Origin: Eledone cirrhosa
Taxonomy: Eukaryota
Reading direction: 5' to 3'
Assembly: GCA_964016885.1 (NCBI GenBank)
Contig: OZ024745.1
Span: 38,316,001 to 38,380,000 of the forward strand
DNA length: 64,000 nucleotides
Shown: positions 42,870-56,494 of the stretch, one piece after another
Layout of the letters: the number at the start of each line of letters is the position of its first letter
Numbering within the stretch: the stretch's first letter is position 1
Notes under the pieces: generated by a model
What the model was told of the DNA's origin: nothing
Seen by the model: the letters and a program-made list of their open reading frames with translations, nothing else
The model's database searches: none
Program-made: the position numbers and the translations under genes

Positions 42870-45800
42870 TGAAGTAAAGAAATCCAAACAGAGGGAGAGA
42901 TTTCTAAATCTAGCAAATTTCGCGTGCCAGAAGATTTGTTTCTGTTGCGAATGTCGCTCGATTCTTACAAAGAAACCCCGAACGTAAAACACTCACATCC
43001 AGACTTTTAAAGGGGTTCCTAAACGAAACCCCCAACAACTTTGGAGATCGAACAACCCGACCTTCACAAGAGTCCGGGAGGTAAGTAAAGCTTTCCTATC
43101 TCTCTTTTACTATGCTAACTTGGCCATATTAAGAGTAGGATGTTTAAATGCTCCAGGCTTGGGATCGCACGGAAAGAAGGTTCACCTGTTCAACAACCTC
43201 ATGTCTCTATAAATGCATGTAATTACCGTCAGCGAGACCAGTATTTACGCATCTGTTAGTCGACCGGGAATGTGGGGTGTGGTGGCCGTGCTGTTTAGGA
43301 AAGGCCTGGATCTCGAGGTAAGGTCGATCAACCGGGACCCCGACGGCAGGTTGGTGGTCTTGGACGTGAACAATAGTGAAGGTGTTACCTTTAAACTGGT
43401 AGCCGTCTATGCCCCTACCAGGGCGGGGCGACCGGATTCTTGAGACACCTGGAAATCTTTGTGGGTACTTCTCGCCCTTTACTGTTAGCGAGGGCCTGGA
43501 ACGGCACCTTAGACACACACTTGGACAGTGTGGGAGTAGCCGATAGAGGTGGGGGTGCAAAAGCCTCAAGTACTTGATCAGCCAGTTCCAACTGTCTGGC
43601 AGGTACCGACTAGATTTCCCCAATGTGCCATTGTGGTCCCGGAACGACCGCATGATTCCTCTGATAGTATAGACAGGAGTTTCATTAGGGGAAATAGGTA
43701 GAAATGGTGAAGGCTGTCCACGTTTTAAAACGTCGCCTATTCAGATCACAAGCTTGTGATCTGTATGGTCGACCTAGATATGACACGTAGGTTAGCACCT
43801 TGTTACTGGAAGCTGAACATGACGTTTCGGGGCCCGTAATGCTTACAGGGATCTGGTGAACAATTTAGTTAAGCAAAAGTTGACAGGGTGGGGGGGGGGA
43901 GGGAGCGTCAACAACAGATGCTGGGTTCTCTAAAAAGAGAGATTAACATAACTCCGATATGGCTTAGCAAACATGTAGCGTTAGAGAAAAATAGAAAGGA
44001 AGCGGTGTGCTGTAGATAAGTTAGACATGTCTATTTCTAGTGGTATTGCAACTGACGTGCTAGCGGCGACCATTAGACCATTTCTTCAATGCAAAACACG
44101 AAGGTTGCATTGTTAGAGCTAAGTCACGTGCTCTAAGAAACGAGGGAACCAAAGCTGTCCCATGGGCTCGCGTGGCAGAGGCGCAGCGTGGTAATAAAAC
44201 CACAATTCGGTCTTTGACGGAGCGAGACGGACACGAGCTGAGCGATTCCAAGCGGATGTGTAAGGCTTCTTGCCTGCATTTCGCTCGGTTGTTCGGTTGA
44301 TGTGGCGGGTTATAGACGGTGGCGGACTTCAGTCCCTACCTCGGTGGCTTGCCGCAACGCTGAACGCTTCGAAAGGCCGATAACTTCTGACGAAATTCAG
44401 ATGCCTTTGTCGGCTGCACGAGGCACAAGTCACCCGCTTAGGATGGTCTGCCCTACGAGCTTTATGTAAATATGTCAACCTTGTTCTCTGATCTCCTCGA
44501 AGCACTCTACTGCAACTGGAATCAGAACGGAAGTATACCCAGTTCTGTGAGCCTGATAAGGAAATACAAGAGGGATACACTAGATAATTTCAGACCCATA
44601 TCTCTGCTCAACACAGAGTTTAAGATTCTGACCAAGGTGTTAGCAAAGAGGTTGACGCTTGTCGTCGAGAAAATGGTTGGGCAGGCGCAAACTTGCGCAA
44701 TCCCGACCAATTTCATAGACGACAACCTCCACTTCATGCGACACATCATAGAGAGGGTTGGGGGTAAACGCATTAGATAGGGTCGACCATCGGTACCTGT
44801 AGGCTGACCTCAAGGCTGCTGGCTTGGGCCCCGTCTTCAGCACCTGGATCGTTGCAATGCGCAGCGGTATCTGCTCGGTGGACAAAGTTAATGGCCACCT
44901 CTCGGAACCGTTTCTGATCACCCGATCTGTCCAACAAGGGCGCCCCTCTCCTCCTTCCTGTGCAATACGACTCTCGTGTCTTTACTGCAGAAGCTGGAAC
45001 TGTTGCAGGGTATCCCGCTCGAACCGTGACGTGGAAAACCAGTGTCGGCATATGCGGACGGCATCAACGTGATGCTGTCGGACACCTCGGAAATCGAGGT
45101 GGTCGGCAACTTATTGGAGGAATATGAAAGTTTGACCGTTATGTCGTTGAACAGCGTCGTTGGGCGCTGAACGGACGGACCGGTAAAGTTGCCCGGGGTT
45201 TGGTCCGGGCCAGACCTCCAGGCGGATAATAATTAGGACGAGGTGAAAGGCAGGCTAGACAGTTTCACGCAGAAATGGGCTGCGAGGAAGCTATGACTGA
45301 AGGGTCGGGTGGAGGTGGTGAACGCGTACATTCCGTTCGTCATCTACTACCAGCTGACCGTCGTCCCTTTCCCCCCGTCTGCGCCTCCTCAACTTGGAAC
45401 GGTTCCTCCCTCAAGTTCTTGTGGAACGGACAGGCTCCGTTGATTAGGCGGACCATGTGATGTCAGCAACTCTACGTTGAGGGCTGGGCATGCCGTGGCT
45501 AATGATTCACACACATGGCATGTGCTGAGGCTGCGGCATCTCCAGGTATTCTGCCTAAACGGTGAACAGGTGTGGTCACCGTTTATCAGACGGGCCTTTC
45601 GCAGCTCGTCTCTTTAACTGAGCTGCAGTCCTGGCTCAAAAGAGACCGAGAATGGGTGACTGGTATCTGGAATGTTGCCAGTCACTCACTGCCTTCTACC
45701 AGGCGGGCAATGCGGTCAGTGAAACTTCCACTCTTAGTTCTATAGAGGATTACTGGTGGGCATGAGCGACAACGTACTCGGAGAGGCTGTGGGCTTCGAT

Positions 45801-46560
45801 GAAGTCGAACTAGTCAGTCTGTACCGTAGGACTTTCGAGACGGGGACGATGGATAACTTCCCAAAATTCCTCGCTTCGCAGTGCTACCGGTGGGCACTGC
45901 CGGCTGGAGATAAACTCTACAGGCACGAAAGAGTTGTCAGACGGACCTGTCGAAACGCGCGCAGATCAACGAAACCGTCTGCACGCACTCCTCCAGTGTC
46001 CGTGGATTGCTGACTTGTGGAGTTATGTTGACAAGCTGTTATCGCGTCTAGAACGCATCCGGCTATCAGCCGAGTCTATATTGAAGATAGACCCGCCGCT
46101 TTCTTTTGGCCAGGAAAGGCAGACACTTTTCCTCTGTCTGGTGGCAGTGGCGGAAGAGGTTGTATGATGGACCAGGTTGAAAGGACTGAAGACAGGGACT
46201 TTTCTCTTCGCCCAATCACTCATCAACTTTTTCAAATTTCACTTGGAGAGGAAGGTGAGCGTGCTGCTTCCCAGTACATTTGCTGAAAGGTGGGTGAATG
46301 TGGCGAGAATGGCCTGTATGAGTGGGCCTATTCTGATCATGCGCTTGTAGGCTGTGAATTAGAGGAGAACAGGGTGTCCTTCCCGAGTGCTCTCGAAGCG
46401 TTGGGTGGTTCAGGATTGGTGAAGTCAACCCTGGGTGGTTATCCCCCATATTGGGGAATTTTTCATTTTATTTTTCTTGTTTATTGTTTTTGCTTTCTTT
46501 TCTTTTGTCCCCGTCTATTGTATTGTCCTCTTTATATCGGCCCTTGTGGCCAATAAATGA
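42870..46560 (+). mobile_element. Tx1/L1-clade LINE, near-full-length ORF2 pseudogene (APE endonuclease + RT)
   Basis: RVGCLNA.G, GVVAVLFRK..DPDGRLVVLDV..VAVYAP, SDHK, DGLPYELY, FRPISLLNTEFKILTKVLAKRL, DRVDH, SAYAD, HALLQCP. Many stops and frameshifts; AATAAA at ~46552. Confidence 0.9.
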
Positions 46561-46921
46561 AGCCATTTTTGTTGTTCTTGTAGATATGAAACGATAGCAA
46601 ATTACGATATTTTATGTTTCTTGTCTAATATTGCTCATAAGATATTAACACATTTCATCTCAGATGTTGAAAGATTATACAAGAAGAGTATTTCGCTAAA
46701 TCGATTTGGGAAAATCGATCAAAGGTGAAAGAATCGAACACAAGAAATTATTATTAATTTCATAATAATTAATTACTTCATTGATCTAGGCGAAGAATTG
46801 GAAGAAAAAGTAAACAATATCTTATAGCTTCACTCAAAATAGTCATGGACGGACACATGAATATAATATATAAACGCACGTGCACATACACACATTATAT
46901 ATATATTATACATATACTTAC

Positions 46922-47002
<81 letters not shown>

Positions 47003-47208
47003 CATATATAAATATATAAATTGTTATTGAAATATTTGGAAGGTGAACAAAAGATTGATAATAAATTTATATATATGTTCTTGGATATTTAATCACACCA
47101 AAACCCAAAACCATCTCAATACTATTTTTGAAAAGCATAAGGACTGTGAAGCCGGTAAAGGAAATAATTATTCTTAAAAAGACTCCAGTTAAATTTTCGA
47201 TTTCTTTT

Positions 47209-47257
<49 letters not shown>

Positions 47258-47284
47258 ATGTGTGTGTATGTTTGTGTATGTATG

Positions 47285-47335
<51 letters not shown>

Positions 47336-47361
47336 TTGAACAAAAAGGAAAAACGAACACA

Positions 47362-47395
<34 letters not shown>

Positions 47396-47399
47396 TCTA

Positions 47400-47822
47400 A
47401 TCGTAATGGACCAACATCGCTAAGGAGAACAAAATACTAACTACAGGCAATAGGGTTTGCTAGACTCAAGTTAAGAATAAATTAAGAAAAATAAATACAA
47501 ACCAGTATTGTGGTAACTACCAACACCCAGACGGTCTTTGATAGAACCGTTTCGCAATATTATTTGTGAAGAGATATACCAAATTTCAGGCTCATCAGTG
47601 GGTGATGAAATTAGTATCTTCCTCAATTCTATGTCAAATAGAAAACTGGAAAATGTGTGTATATATATTACGCAAATGTTTCCCGAACTTAGCATGTCGC
47701 GCATACTTACAATACTGGTTTGTATTTATTTTTCTTAATTTATTCTTAAATTGAATCTACCAAACCCTATTGTCTGTAGTTAGTATTTTTTTCACCATAG
47801 CGATTTTGGTCCATTACCATTT
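47400..47822. mobile_element. Fold-back element (family H) with ~110-bp inverted arms between (TA)n tracts
   Basis: 47405-47511 is the reverse complement of ~47709-47816. Confidence 0.75.
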
Positions 47823-47838
47823 GAACACACACACACAT

Positions 47839-47888
<50 letters not shown>

Positions 47889-47892
<4 letters not shown>

Positions 47893-48869
47893 TATGAAGA
47901 GAGAAGAAACATTTAGATATAATTAGTAATAAAATGTATCATACCTAAACTGTTCCTAAATTCCTCGACTACGTAGTTTCGTGGCATAAACAAAAACAAT
48001 ATATCAAAGATATAGAGTCCTTGCGAGGTCTGCCGACTTATCAAGAGGATACCTCATTTTACTAGTCTCAAGAACGCGTCTACACGACGTGAGAAAGAAT
48101 CCCAAAAGGCGGAGGGGGAGATAGTCACGCGATATAACGGTCGAGAAACAGAGCTAAGCCTCTTATAACCACGAAGAAAATACCACGGAGGCGGAGGGGG
48201 TATTCATATCGAGGCCGCAGAAGAGGTAGTGAAGAAGGCGAGAAGTATGAGTAATGGAAGCTTTCCAGTTGTCCCCACACTTCAAAGATTGCTCGACCAG
48301 AGGGAGTTATTAATATATTAAGAAACACACAGATACATGCGGACACACACATATATACATGAATGCATCCGCACCCAACTGTGAGTTAAGGGTGCCAACT
48401 TCACCGATGTTGCTCAATGAATGACTGGGACAGACCAATTCAGTTTGAACCAGACTGAACCAGTATCAGAGTTAAAAATACATTATGAAGAGAGCAGAAA
48501 CATTTAGATATAATTAGTAATAAAATGTATCATACCTAAACTGTTCCTAAATTCCTCGACTACGTAGTTTCGTGGCATAAACAAAAACAATATATCAAAG
48601 ATATAGAGTCCTTGCGAGGTCTGCCGACTTATCAAGAGGATACCTCATTTTACTAGTCTCAAGAACGCGTCTACACGACGTGAGAAAGAATCCCAAAAGG
48701 CGGAGGGGGAGATAGTCACGCGATATAACGGTCGAGAAACAGAGCTAAGCCTCTTATAACCACGAAGAAGTTCATTGAGCAACATCGGTGAAGTTGGCAC
48801 CTTAACTCACAGTTGGGTGCGGATGCATTCATGTATATATGTGTGTGTCCGCATGTATCTGTGTGTTTC

Positions 48870-48872
<3 letters not shown>
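47889..48872 (-). mobile_element. Family E element: tandem 591-bp-period duplication plus inverted segment
   Basis: 47889-48176 is repeated at 48480-48767; ~48313-48421 is inverted at ~48770-48875; flanked by (TA)n. Confidence 0.85.
47962..48049 (-). ncRNA. Type I hammerhead ribozyme, U3-A8 core variant (second copy at 48553-48640)
   Basis: TCCTC-TTGATAA-GTCGGCA..TGCCAC-GAAA-CTACGTAG-TC^-GAGGA. Confidence 0.72.
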
Positions 48873-48901
<29 letters not shown>

Positions 48902-49180
48902 ACGAAGGAAATGTGGTAAGGAACCAGGTGGACCATAACGCACCAAAGTACTCAATACTTAGGGTAGTAGAGTGGGTAATAGGAACAAGTAAGACCCCGA
49001 CGGCTGAGCTCAGCCGTCGGGGTCTTACTTTTTCCTATATATATATATATATATATACGTGTGTGTGTGTGTGTTCGTTTTTCCTTTTTGTTCAGTTATA
49101 TACGGCTAGGAAAAATCCTTTTCCTAGAGCTAATTTACTGTAATGAGACTATTTTGAGTTTGTAACTCACTACATGCTTT

Positions 49181-49226
<46 letters not shown>

Positions 49227-49325
49227 CTGTTTCTACATTTGTTACAAGGCTGGCAATTACCCAGTACGTTACTAGTACTTTATTTTATCGACACCGTAAG
49301 GATGAAAGGCAAAGTTAACCTCGGC

Positions 49326-49383
<58 letters not shown>

Positions 49384-49751
49384 ATATGTAAAAATAAACA
49401 CAGAAAATTGTGTGTCTAAAATTACGAGGGTAGAAGTACCACATTGGTTTGATAAATTTAACCTTAAGCAAACGGAAGATATAACATATATATTTACAGA
49501 CTGTCTCAATAACTATTTCATCTCTCGAGCAGATTAGAGATTTAAACTGTTTCGCCGTGAAAATTGTGTTTGTAACAGATACTCCGTAGGCCATCCCCAG
49601 AGAAAGACAAGATTAAATGGAACAAGCAGATACAACTAAAATCCACACAAATGAATATCTCACCTCGTGCGCTGGACGTTAGAAGTGGTGTGAGTGGATA
49701 TGCTAAACACAATAGCCTTAATACACCCAACTTATAAGCTCACATATTTAA

Positions 49752-50885
49752 GGGAATACAAATAAAATACAGAGTTACATATTGATAAACTGCAATTAAT
49801 TATTGATAAACTGCAATTAACAAGCTCAAAGTATAAATACTGAGCATTATATAATAATTGTCTCTACTTTAGGCACAAAGCCAGCAAATACCCAGTGCAT
49901 TACTGGTACTTTATTTTATCGACCCCGTAAGGATGAAAGGCAAAGTCAACCTCGGCGGGATTTGAACTCAGATCGTAAAGGGACATAACTATGCTGGAAA
50001 GCATGGCGTCCGACCCTCTACTGATACTGCCAATCAACCGCCCTTACATAATAATATACTGGAATAATTGCTGGCATTGTGCCAACAGTAGAAACAATTA
50101 TATAATAATATATGTAGAAATAACACAGTAAATTGTGTCTAAAATTACGAGTGTAGAAGTACCACATTGGTTTGATAAATTTAACCTGAAGCAAACGGAA
50201 GATATAGAATATAAATACAGACCGTCTCAATAACTATTTCATTTTTCGGACAGATTAGAGATTTAATCTGTTTCGCCCTGAAAATTGTGTTTGTAGCAGA
50301 TAATTCGTAGGTGAGATATCCATTCGTGTGGTTATTAGTTTTATGTGCTTGTTCCATTTAATCTTGTCTCTCGATGAGGAAAGCCTACGGATTATCTTTT
50401 ACAAACACAATTTTCAGAGCGAAACAGATTAAATCACTCATCTGTCCGAGAGATGAAATAGTTATTGAGACGGTCTGTAAATATATATGTTATATCTTCC
50501 GTTTGCTTCAGGTTAAATTTATGAAACCAATGTGGTACCCTTGTAATTTTAGACACACAATTTACTGTGTTTATTTCTACATATATTATATAATTGTTTC
50601 TACTTGTGTCACAATGCCCGCAATTATCCCAGTACATTACTGGTACTTTATTTTATTGATCCCGTAAGGATGAAATGCAAAGTTAACTTTGGCTAGATTA
50701 GAACTCAGAATGGCAAGGGGCGTAACTCTATGCGTCAAAGCATAGTGTTCGACCCTCTACCGATACTGCCAATCCACCGCCCCTCATATATTATCATATA
50801 ATTCTCAGTATTTATACTTGAGAGCTTGTTAATTGCAGCGTAACAATATGAGTTAGAATATGAGTTAGTGACTCTGTATTTTATT

Positions 50886-50890
<5 letters not shown>
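49752..50890. mobile_element. Family F fold-back element carrying SINEs (49852-50043 -, 50590-50782 -)
   Basis: 49752-49855 pairs with 50795-50890 and 50056-50310 pairs with 50385-50643 as inverted repeats. A further copy lies at ~49385-49590 (-), next to a partial SINE at 49222-49325. Confidence 0.8.
50367..50453 (+). ncRNA. Hammerhead-like fold with ATGAGGA core
   Basis: TCTCTCG/CGAGAGA 7-bp stem I; GAAA-CAGAT..ATCTG-TC^. Confidence 0.55.
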
Positions 50891-50929
<39 letters not shown>

Positions 50930-51041
50930 TGCTACTGTACGTCTGTATACATATGTGTATGTACGTATACACAAATACTTACATTTAAGTAAGTGCCGTA
51001 CTAAGAGTGAGAAATGAAATTTCGTTTTCATTTTATTTCAA

Positions 51042-51105
<64 letters not shown>

Positions 51106-51156
51106 GAAAAGATGAATATAAAATGAAAGTGCTTTTTTAAAAAGGAATTTATTAGG

Positions 51157-51274
51157 TATTGACATATGTTTCTGTAACAGACGGAATACCTATGCATCGC
51201 TGCTTGCGTAATCATATAATGTTAGCAAGTATTCGATAGCAAATGTATAATCAGTTGTCACTTCTTCAGAGATA
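51157..51274 (-). ncRNA. Hammerhead-like motif in a pLTR-like fragment (~51100-51962)
   Basis: CTGAAGA-GTGACA..TGTTAC-GAAA-CATATG-TC^; stem I is eroded. The fragment also contains inverted arms at 51679-51752 / 51890-51962. Confidence 0.5.
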
Positions 51275-51957
51275 TTGGATAAATTGGAAAAAATCAGAAA
51301 AAATTGAAGTATTTATATTAGTTGTAAGAAAGGGGATAGTATATGACAGATGGCAATTCAATTTACTGGTAAACAAGTATATTAAGGGTTTCTAATGAGA
51401 ATACAATGAGTATATGGTTTATTTTATCTAAATAAGAATTTTGGGGAGTGCCTATTTTAAACTATACTTGACCAATTGAACAATGGACAGGGCTGGTCGT
51501 TTGGTGTAGTAGTATTAATAGATATAAAGTGTCAATTAAGGAAGAGGTAGTTTTCACTGCTACTGAATAACAACAATGCTGGTAGCCTGCTGGTATGTGC
51601 GTTAGGGAATTGAATTAAGAAATCTCATTTTATCTATAGCAGTTTATATTAAATGGTAAAGAATAGAAGAGTTGATATAATTAAGACTAATAGAGAATGT
51701 TAATGTGTATTTTGACAATCAAACGGGTATGAAGACAGGCGTGCAATCCTGGACAGGAATTTTGTAAATTGAGTAATATGGAATTATTTTGTATTATGAA
51801 ATCCAAAAATATGTTATTAAATAACAGAATAGAGCGTAGTTATCCTGTAACCATAGCTTGAAATCTACATTTTCATATTACAAAGACAACCAGGATTGAA
51901 CGCCTGTCTCCATCTCCGTTTGATTGTCAAAATACATATTAACATTCTCTATTAGTC

Positions 51958-52091
<134 letters not shown>

Positions 52092-52141
52092 AAATGGAAA
52101 ACGGCATGCCGTCTATGGAAGCATCTTAGCTACCATTAGAC

Positions 52142-52178
<37 letters not shown>

Positions 52179-52290
52179 GGAACTTTATCCCGGGTTCAAT
52201 TGGGTATAACTACAGTAAGTAAGGTACTCAATACATAGCTTCCATATAATTTCTCCCGAATAAAACAGTTCTAGTCCTGTAGATGCCATT

Positions 52291-52396
<106 letters not shown>

Positions 52397-52509
52397 CATA
52401 TATATGTGTGTGTATGTGTGTATGTGTGTGTGTCTAATGGTAGCTAAGATGCTTCCATAGGCGGTATGCCAGTTGAGCACTCTATGCTCTACAGAGCAGA
52501 GTATGATAT

Positions 52510-52755
52510 AATATAAAACGAAAAATCAGTGATGCATCTGAACTCAATTTATTGTCTGTTACAATTGTTTCGCCGGCGGACAGCCCGAGACGCGATCACT
52601 GTGTGGATCTCTCTGATTCTGGACCCCGCAGGTTCGACGGACACGTCTAATGATTTCGGAGCATATGCTCCGAAATCATTAGACGTCCGCCGGCGAAACA
52701 ATTGTAACACACAATAAATAGAGTTCAGATGCATCATTGATTTTTTGTTTCCTAT
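52510..52755. mobile_element. Family G fold-back element with the 3' half of a hammerhead on both arms
   Basis: Arms ~52530-52580 and ~52686-52735, plus an inner palindrome at 52643-52686; GAAA-CAATTG-TA at 52695. Confidence 0.75.
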
Positions 52756-52770
52756 TATATATATATATAT

Positions 52771-55700
52771 CAAACGAAGGAGATGTGGTAAGGAACCAGA
52801 TGGATCATAACGCACTAGAGTACTCAATACTCAAGTAGTAGCGTGGGTAATAGGAGAAAGTATGACCACGACGGCAGAGTACAAGCCGTTTCGACGGCTA
52901 TTTCTGGACTAAAGTAAGAGTTTTTTTAGTCTGGTAAATAAATAGCCGAATGTTTCAAGGAGTACTTCCTCATATGGGAAGATTGTATTTGTCAAGATGA
53001 TTGGTGAAAATATGTAGTAGACACAGAAAAGTCTCTCATGGCAGTGGGTGCGCGGTGTGGGTGGCTGAACTTGCATGTAGAACGATAGGGGAGTGGGTAG
53101 GGCCGTTCAAGCGTTGAAAGTGAAATCTACACGGCAAATTGTTAGGAATGTGTATGAAAGTAGGCCAGAGGAAGTAAGCGAAAATGTTTTCTTTAGAAAA
53201 TGGAGGAGGGAGGATATAGAATATATAAATGAGGATATAGAATATATAAATGAGATTAGGGGACAATGAAAAATTATAATAAAAAAGAATATAATAAAAA
53301 ATGGGAGAAAGATATATCAGAATGTAAGATTGGAAAGTGAGAAGTGAAATAAAACAAATCTAAGGAGTCTAACGCAGCTGCTATATTTAGTTGGTGCTAC
53401 TTTTTCGGCAAATGCTATAGAATGAGTTGCTAGATGAGAATTATTGAAAATTTCGAATTGGTTATTAAAAATTAATACCACATCTCTGGGGTCTAACATA
53501 GCTGTCATGAATAGTTAGTATAGCGTAATCGACCAATGCTATCTATAAGTTACTGGGGTGGGGGTACTGAGGCTAAAACGGCCTGAAGGGCTGCCTCGTG
53601 TAGGCGAAAGAGGAAAAAAACAAAGAAACGAACGAGGAAGAAGATCGGTGGTGAAAAGAAGTGATAGGAGCAGACAAAGGGAAGAAGAAAAACAGAGGAA
53701 AAGAAAAGAGGTATATCTACCTACATAAGTTGGGATTTTCCCTATCTTATTCTGCAAGTGGGGTGATTCAGCCCTTGTCAACCCATCCGGATAGTTAGAG
53801 GGTTTGAGTGCGAGGTAAGTCTTCCGCAATCTGTGTTTGCATGCAGGAAGACAGTCCCAATTTCCGACAACACCAAGTGGATAAAGAGAGCTTCCGACTC
53901 CCCTTTCGACGGCAGCATGGGCGCGACCCATTCAGTCGATGTCACCGATGTTATAGGATTATTCCTACTATTTAAAATCACCGAAATGTTTCCCGCATTC
54001 AGCGGTGGATTGTACCGAGACGATGGGCTCCTTACCCTCAAAGGGTACAAGCCCTGTAGTACAGACCGGGTCTGTAAACAACTTATCAACTTTTTCCGGG
54101 ACTGGGGATTTAAAATCACCCTACAAACATCCCTAACCCGAGTAAATTTCCTGGACGTTTCACTCAACCTCGAAAATGATTTGTACTATCCATACAGGAA
54201 ACCCAATGACAACCTGCACTACATCCACCGCCGCTCTAACCATCCTTGAACCATCACCATTAATCTGGTTAAAAATATCTCCCTCCGCATATCTCGTTTG
54301 TCCGCTAATGAGCAGATATTCGACAAACATAGGCCTCATTACAACCAGGCACTCTGTCGGAGTGGCTTCCGGGAGGAAATATCCTTTCATCCAGCTTCCC
54401 TTAGCGGAAACAGCAGGCGACGCCGCCGCTCACGCCACTAACGTGGTTCAATCCTCCCCACAATGCCGAGGTGGCAACACCTATCGGGAAACTCTTCTTC
54501 AGGCTCCTCGAAAAACACTTTCCACCACAACACCGCTACCACAACATAATCAACAAAAACACTATCAAGCTATTCTACAGCACCACACCTAACTTCGCAC
54601 AAAACATCGTCTCCTCAAACAACAAAAAACTCAACCCCTATGGAAGAAACAACTTAGAAACTAGTGGAGAGCCGACCAGGAGGTGTAAATGACTACGTGC
54701 CCATCAACAGTAGATACCGAGAACGTAACGTGATCTACCAGTGCAATGTGAGGACGGACACCTCCAACAAAGCTTATATATGATTAACCGATTGTGACTT
54801 TAAGACCCGGCTCTACCAACACCGACATAGGTTCCGAAACCCGGTCCGGTGACATGCCACCACACATTCGGGCCATATCTGGGACTTCCAAGATAATAAT
54901 ATAACTTACCATCTTACTTGGAGCTTACTGTCCAGAGCTAACTCTTACACGGTAGGACGCCGTCCGTGTAACTTATGCTCGGTGCAAACATTACAAATGC
55001 TGTTTACGAAAGATCAACTCCTAAACAAAAAAGACAAACTGGTAACTGCATGCAAACACAGATTGCGGAAGTCTTACCTTGCCCTCAAACCCCCTAACGA
55101 TCTGGGTAGGTAGAGAAGGGCTTAAACACCCCACTTGCCGAATAAGATAGGGAAAACCCCAACTTATATAGGTAGATGTATCTCTTTTCTTTTCCTCTGT
55201 TTTTTCTTCTTCCCTTTATCTCCTCCTATCACTTCTTTTCACCACCGGTCTTCTTCCTCGTTCGTTTCTTTGTTTTTTCCCCTTTCGCTTACCAGGGGCA
55301 GCCCATCAGGCCTTTTTAGCCTCAGTGACCCACTCCAGTAACTTATAGATAACATTGACCGATTACGCTATACTAACTATTCATAACAGCTGTGTTAGAC
55401 CCCCAGAGATGTGGTATTAATTTTTAATACCCAATTCGAAATTTTCAATAATTCTCATCTAGCAACTCATTCTATAGAATTGACCGAAAAAGCAGCACCA
55501 ACTAAATATAGCAGCTGTGTTAGACTCCTTAGTTTTTGTTTTATTTCACTTCTCACTTTCCAATCTTACATTCTGATATATCTTTCTCTCATTTTTTTAT
55601 TATATTCTTTTTTATTATATTTTTTCATTGTCCCCTAATCTCATTTGATTTACTAATTCTATAACATCCCACCTCCATTTTCTAAAAATAACTTTTTTCG

Positions 55701-56030
55701 CCTACCTCCTCTGGCCTACTTTCATACACATTCATTAGAATTTGCCGTGTAGATTTCACCTTCAACGCTTGACCGGCTCTACCTACTCCCATTTCGTTCT
55801 ACAGGCAAGTTCAGTCACGGCCACCCCGCATCCACTGCTATGATAGACTTTTCTGTGTCTGTACACATTTTGACCCATCCTCTTGACAACTACAATCTTC
55901 CCATATAAGGAAGTACCCCTTGAAACGTTCGGCTATTTATTTACCAGACTAAACAAACTCTTACTTTAGTCCAGAAATAGCCGTCGAAACGGCCTGAGCT
56001 CTACCGTCGGGGTCATACTTTCTCCTATAC
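52771..56030 (+). mobile_element. Penelope-like element (Hydra-clade-like), 5'-truncated, with ~1-kb inverted pLTRs (52771-53846 / 55046-56027)
   Basis: 53850-55113 reads FDGSMGA, GGLYRDDGL, VNFLDVSLNL, YPYRKPND, SNHP, WFNPP, LLEKHFP, IKLFYSTTPN, NVIYQC, FKTRLYQH, CNLC, CKH, with stops and frameshifts. Confidence 0.92.
55915..56013 (+). ncRNA. Hammerhead-like fold with TTGAAAC core in the PLE pLTR
   Basis: ACCCC-TTGAAAC-G..CGGCTATTT/AAATAGCCG..C-GAAA-CGG..CCG-TC^-GGGGT. A mirror copy lies at ~52865-52963 (-). Confidence 0.5.
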
Positions 56031-56494
56031 ATATATGTAAACACACACCATCATCAATTCCCTTAATTGGAGTAGCAAGCCGTTGCCATACCTATACTGT
56101 ACCACTGTCACCATACGGCACTGGTATTTGAATTCCTTTATGTACATAAAAGATGGGTCCATTCATTATATTGGCAGATCAGATATTTTCTAGACCTATA
56201 TATAAATGTGTATTCGAGGATGGTGTTGGAGAGCGTGTTGTAGTATGGGTTACCGTGGCAGGCTAACGTTCCTCTTTGTATTGTCGCAAAGTGTGTTTCT
56301 TGCCTGTCACCATGATTATACCTTGTATACAAAATGCAGAGAACACATTAGACAATTAAGACAATATCTAACGAAGGCACACACGTGCATGTGTGTGATC
56401 CTGAGTGTAGACACATTGAATGATTCCTGGTTACGTTGAATAGGATAGCCGTTAACATATACGGCTAACAAGCCAGAAGGTAAAATACAAGATG

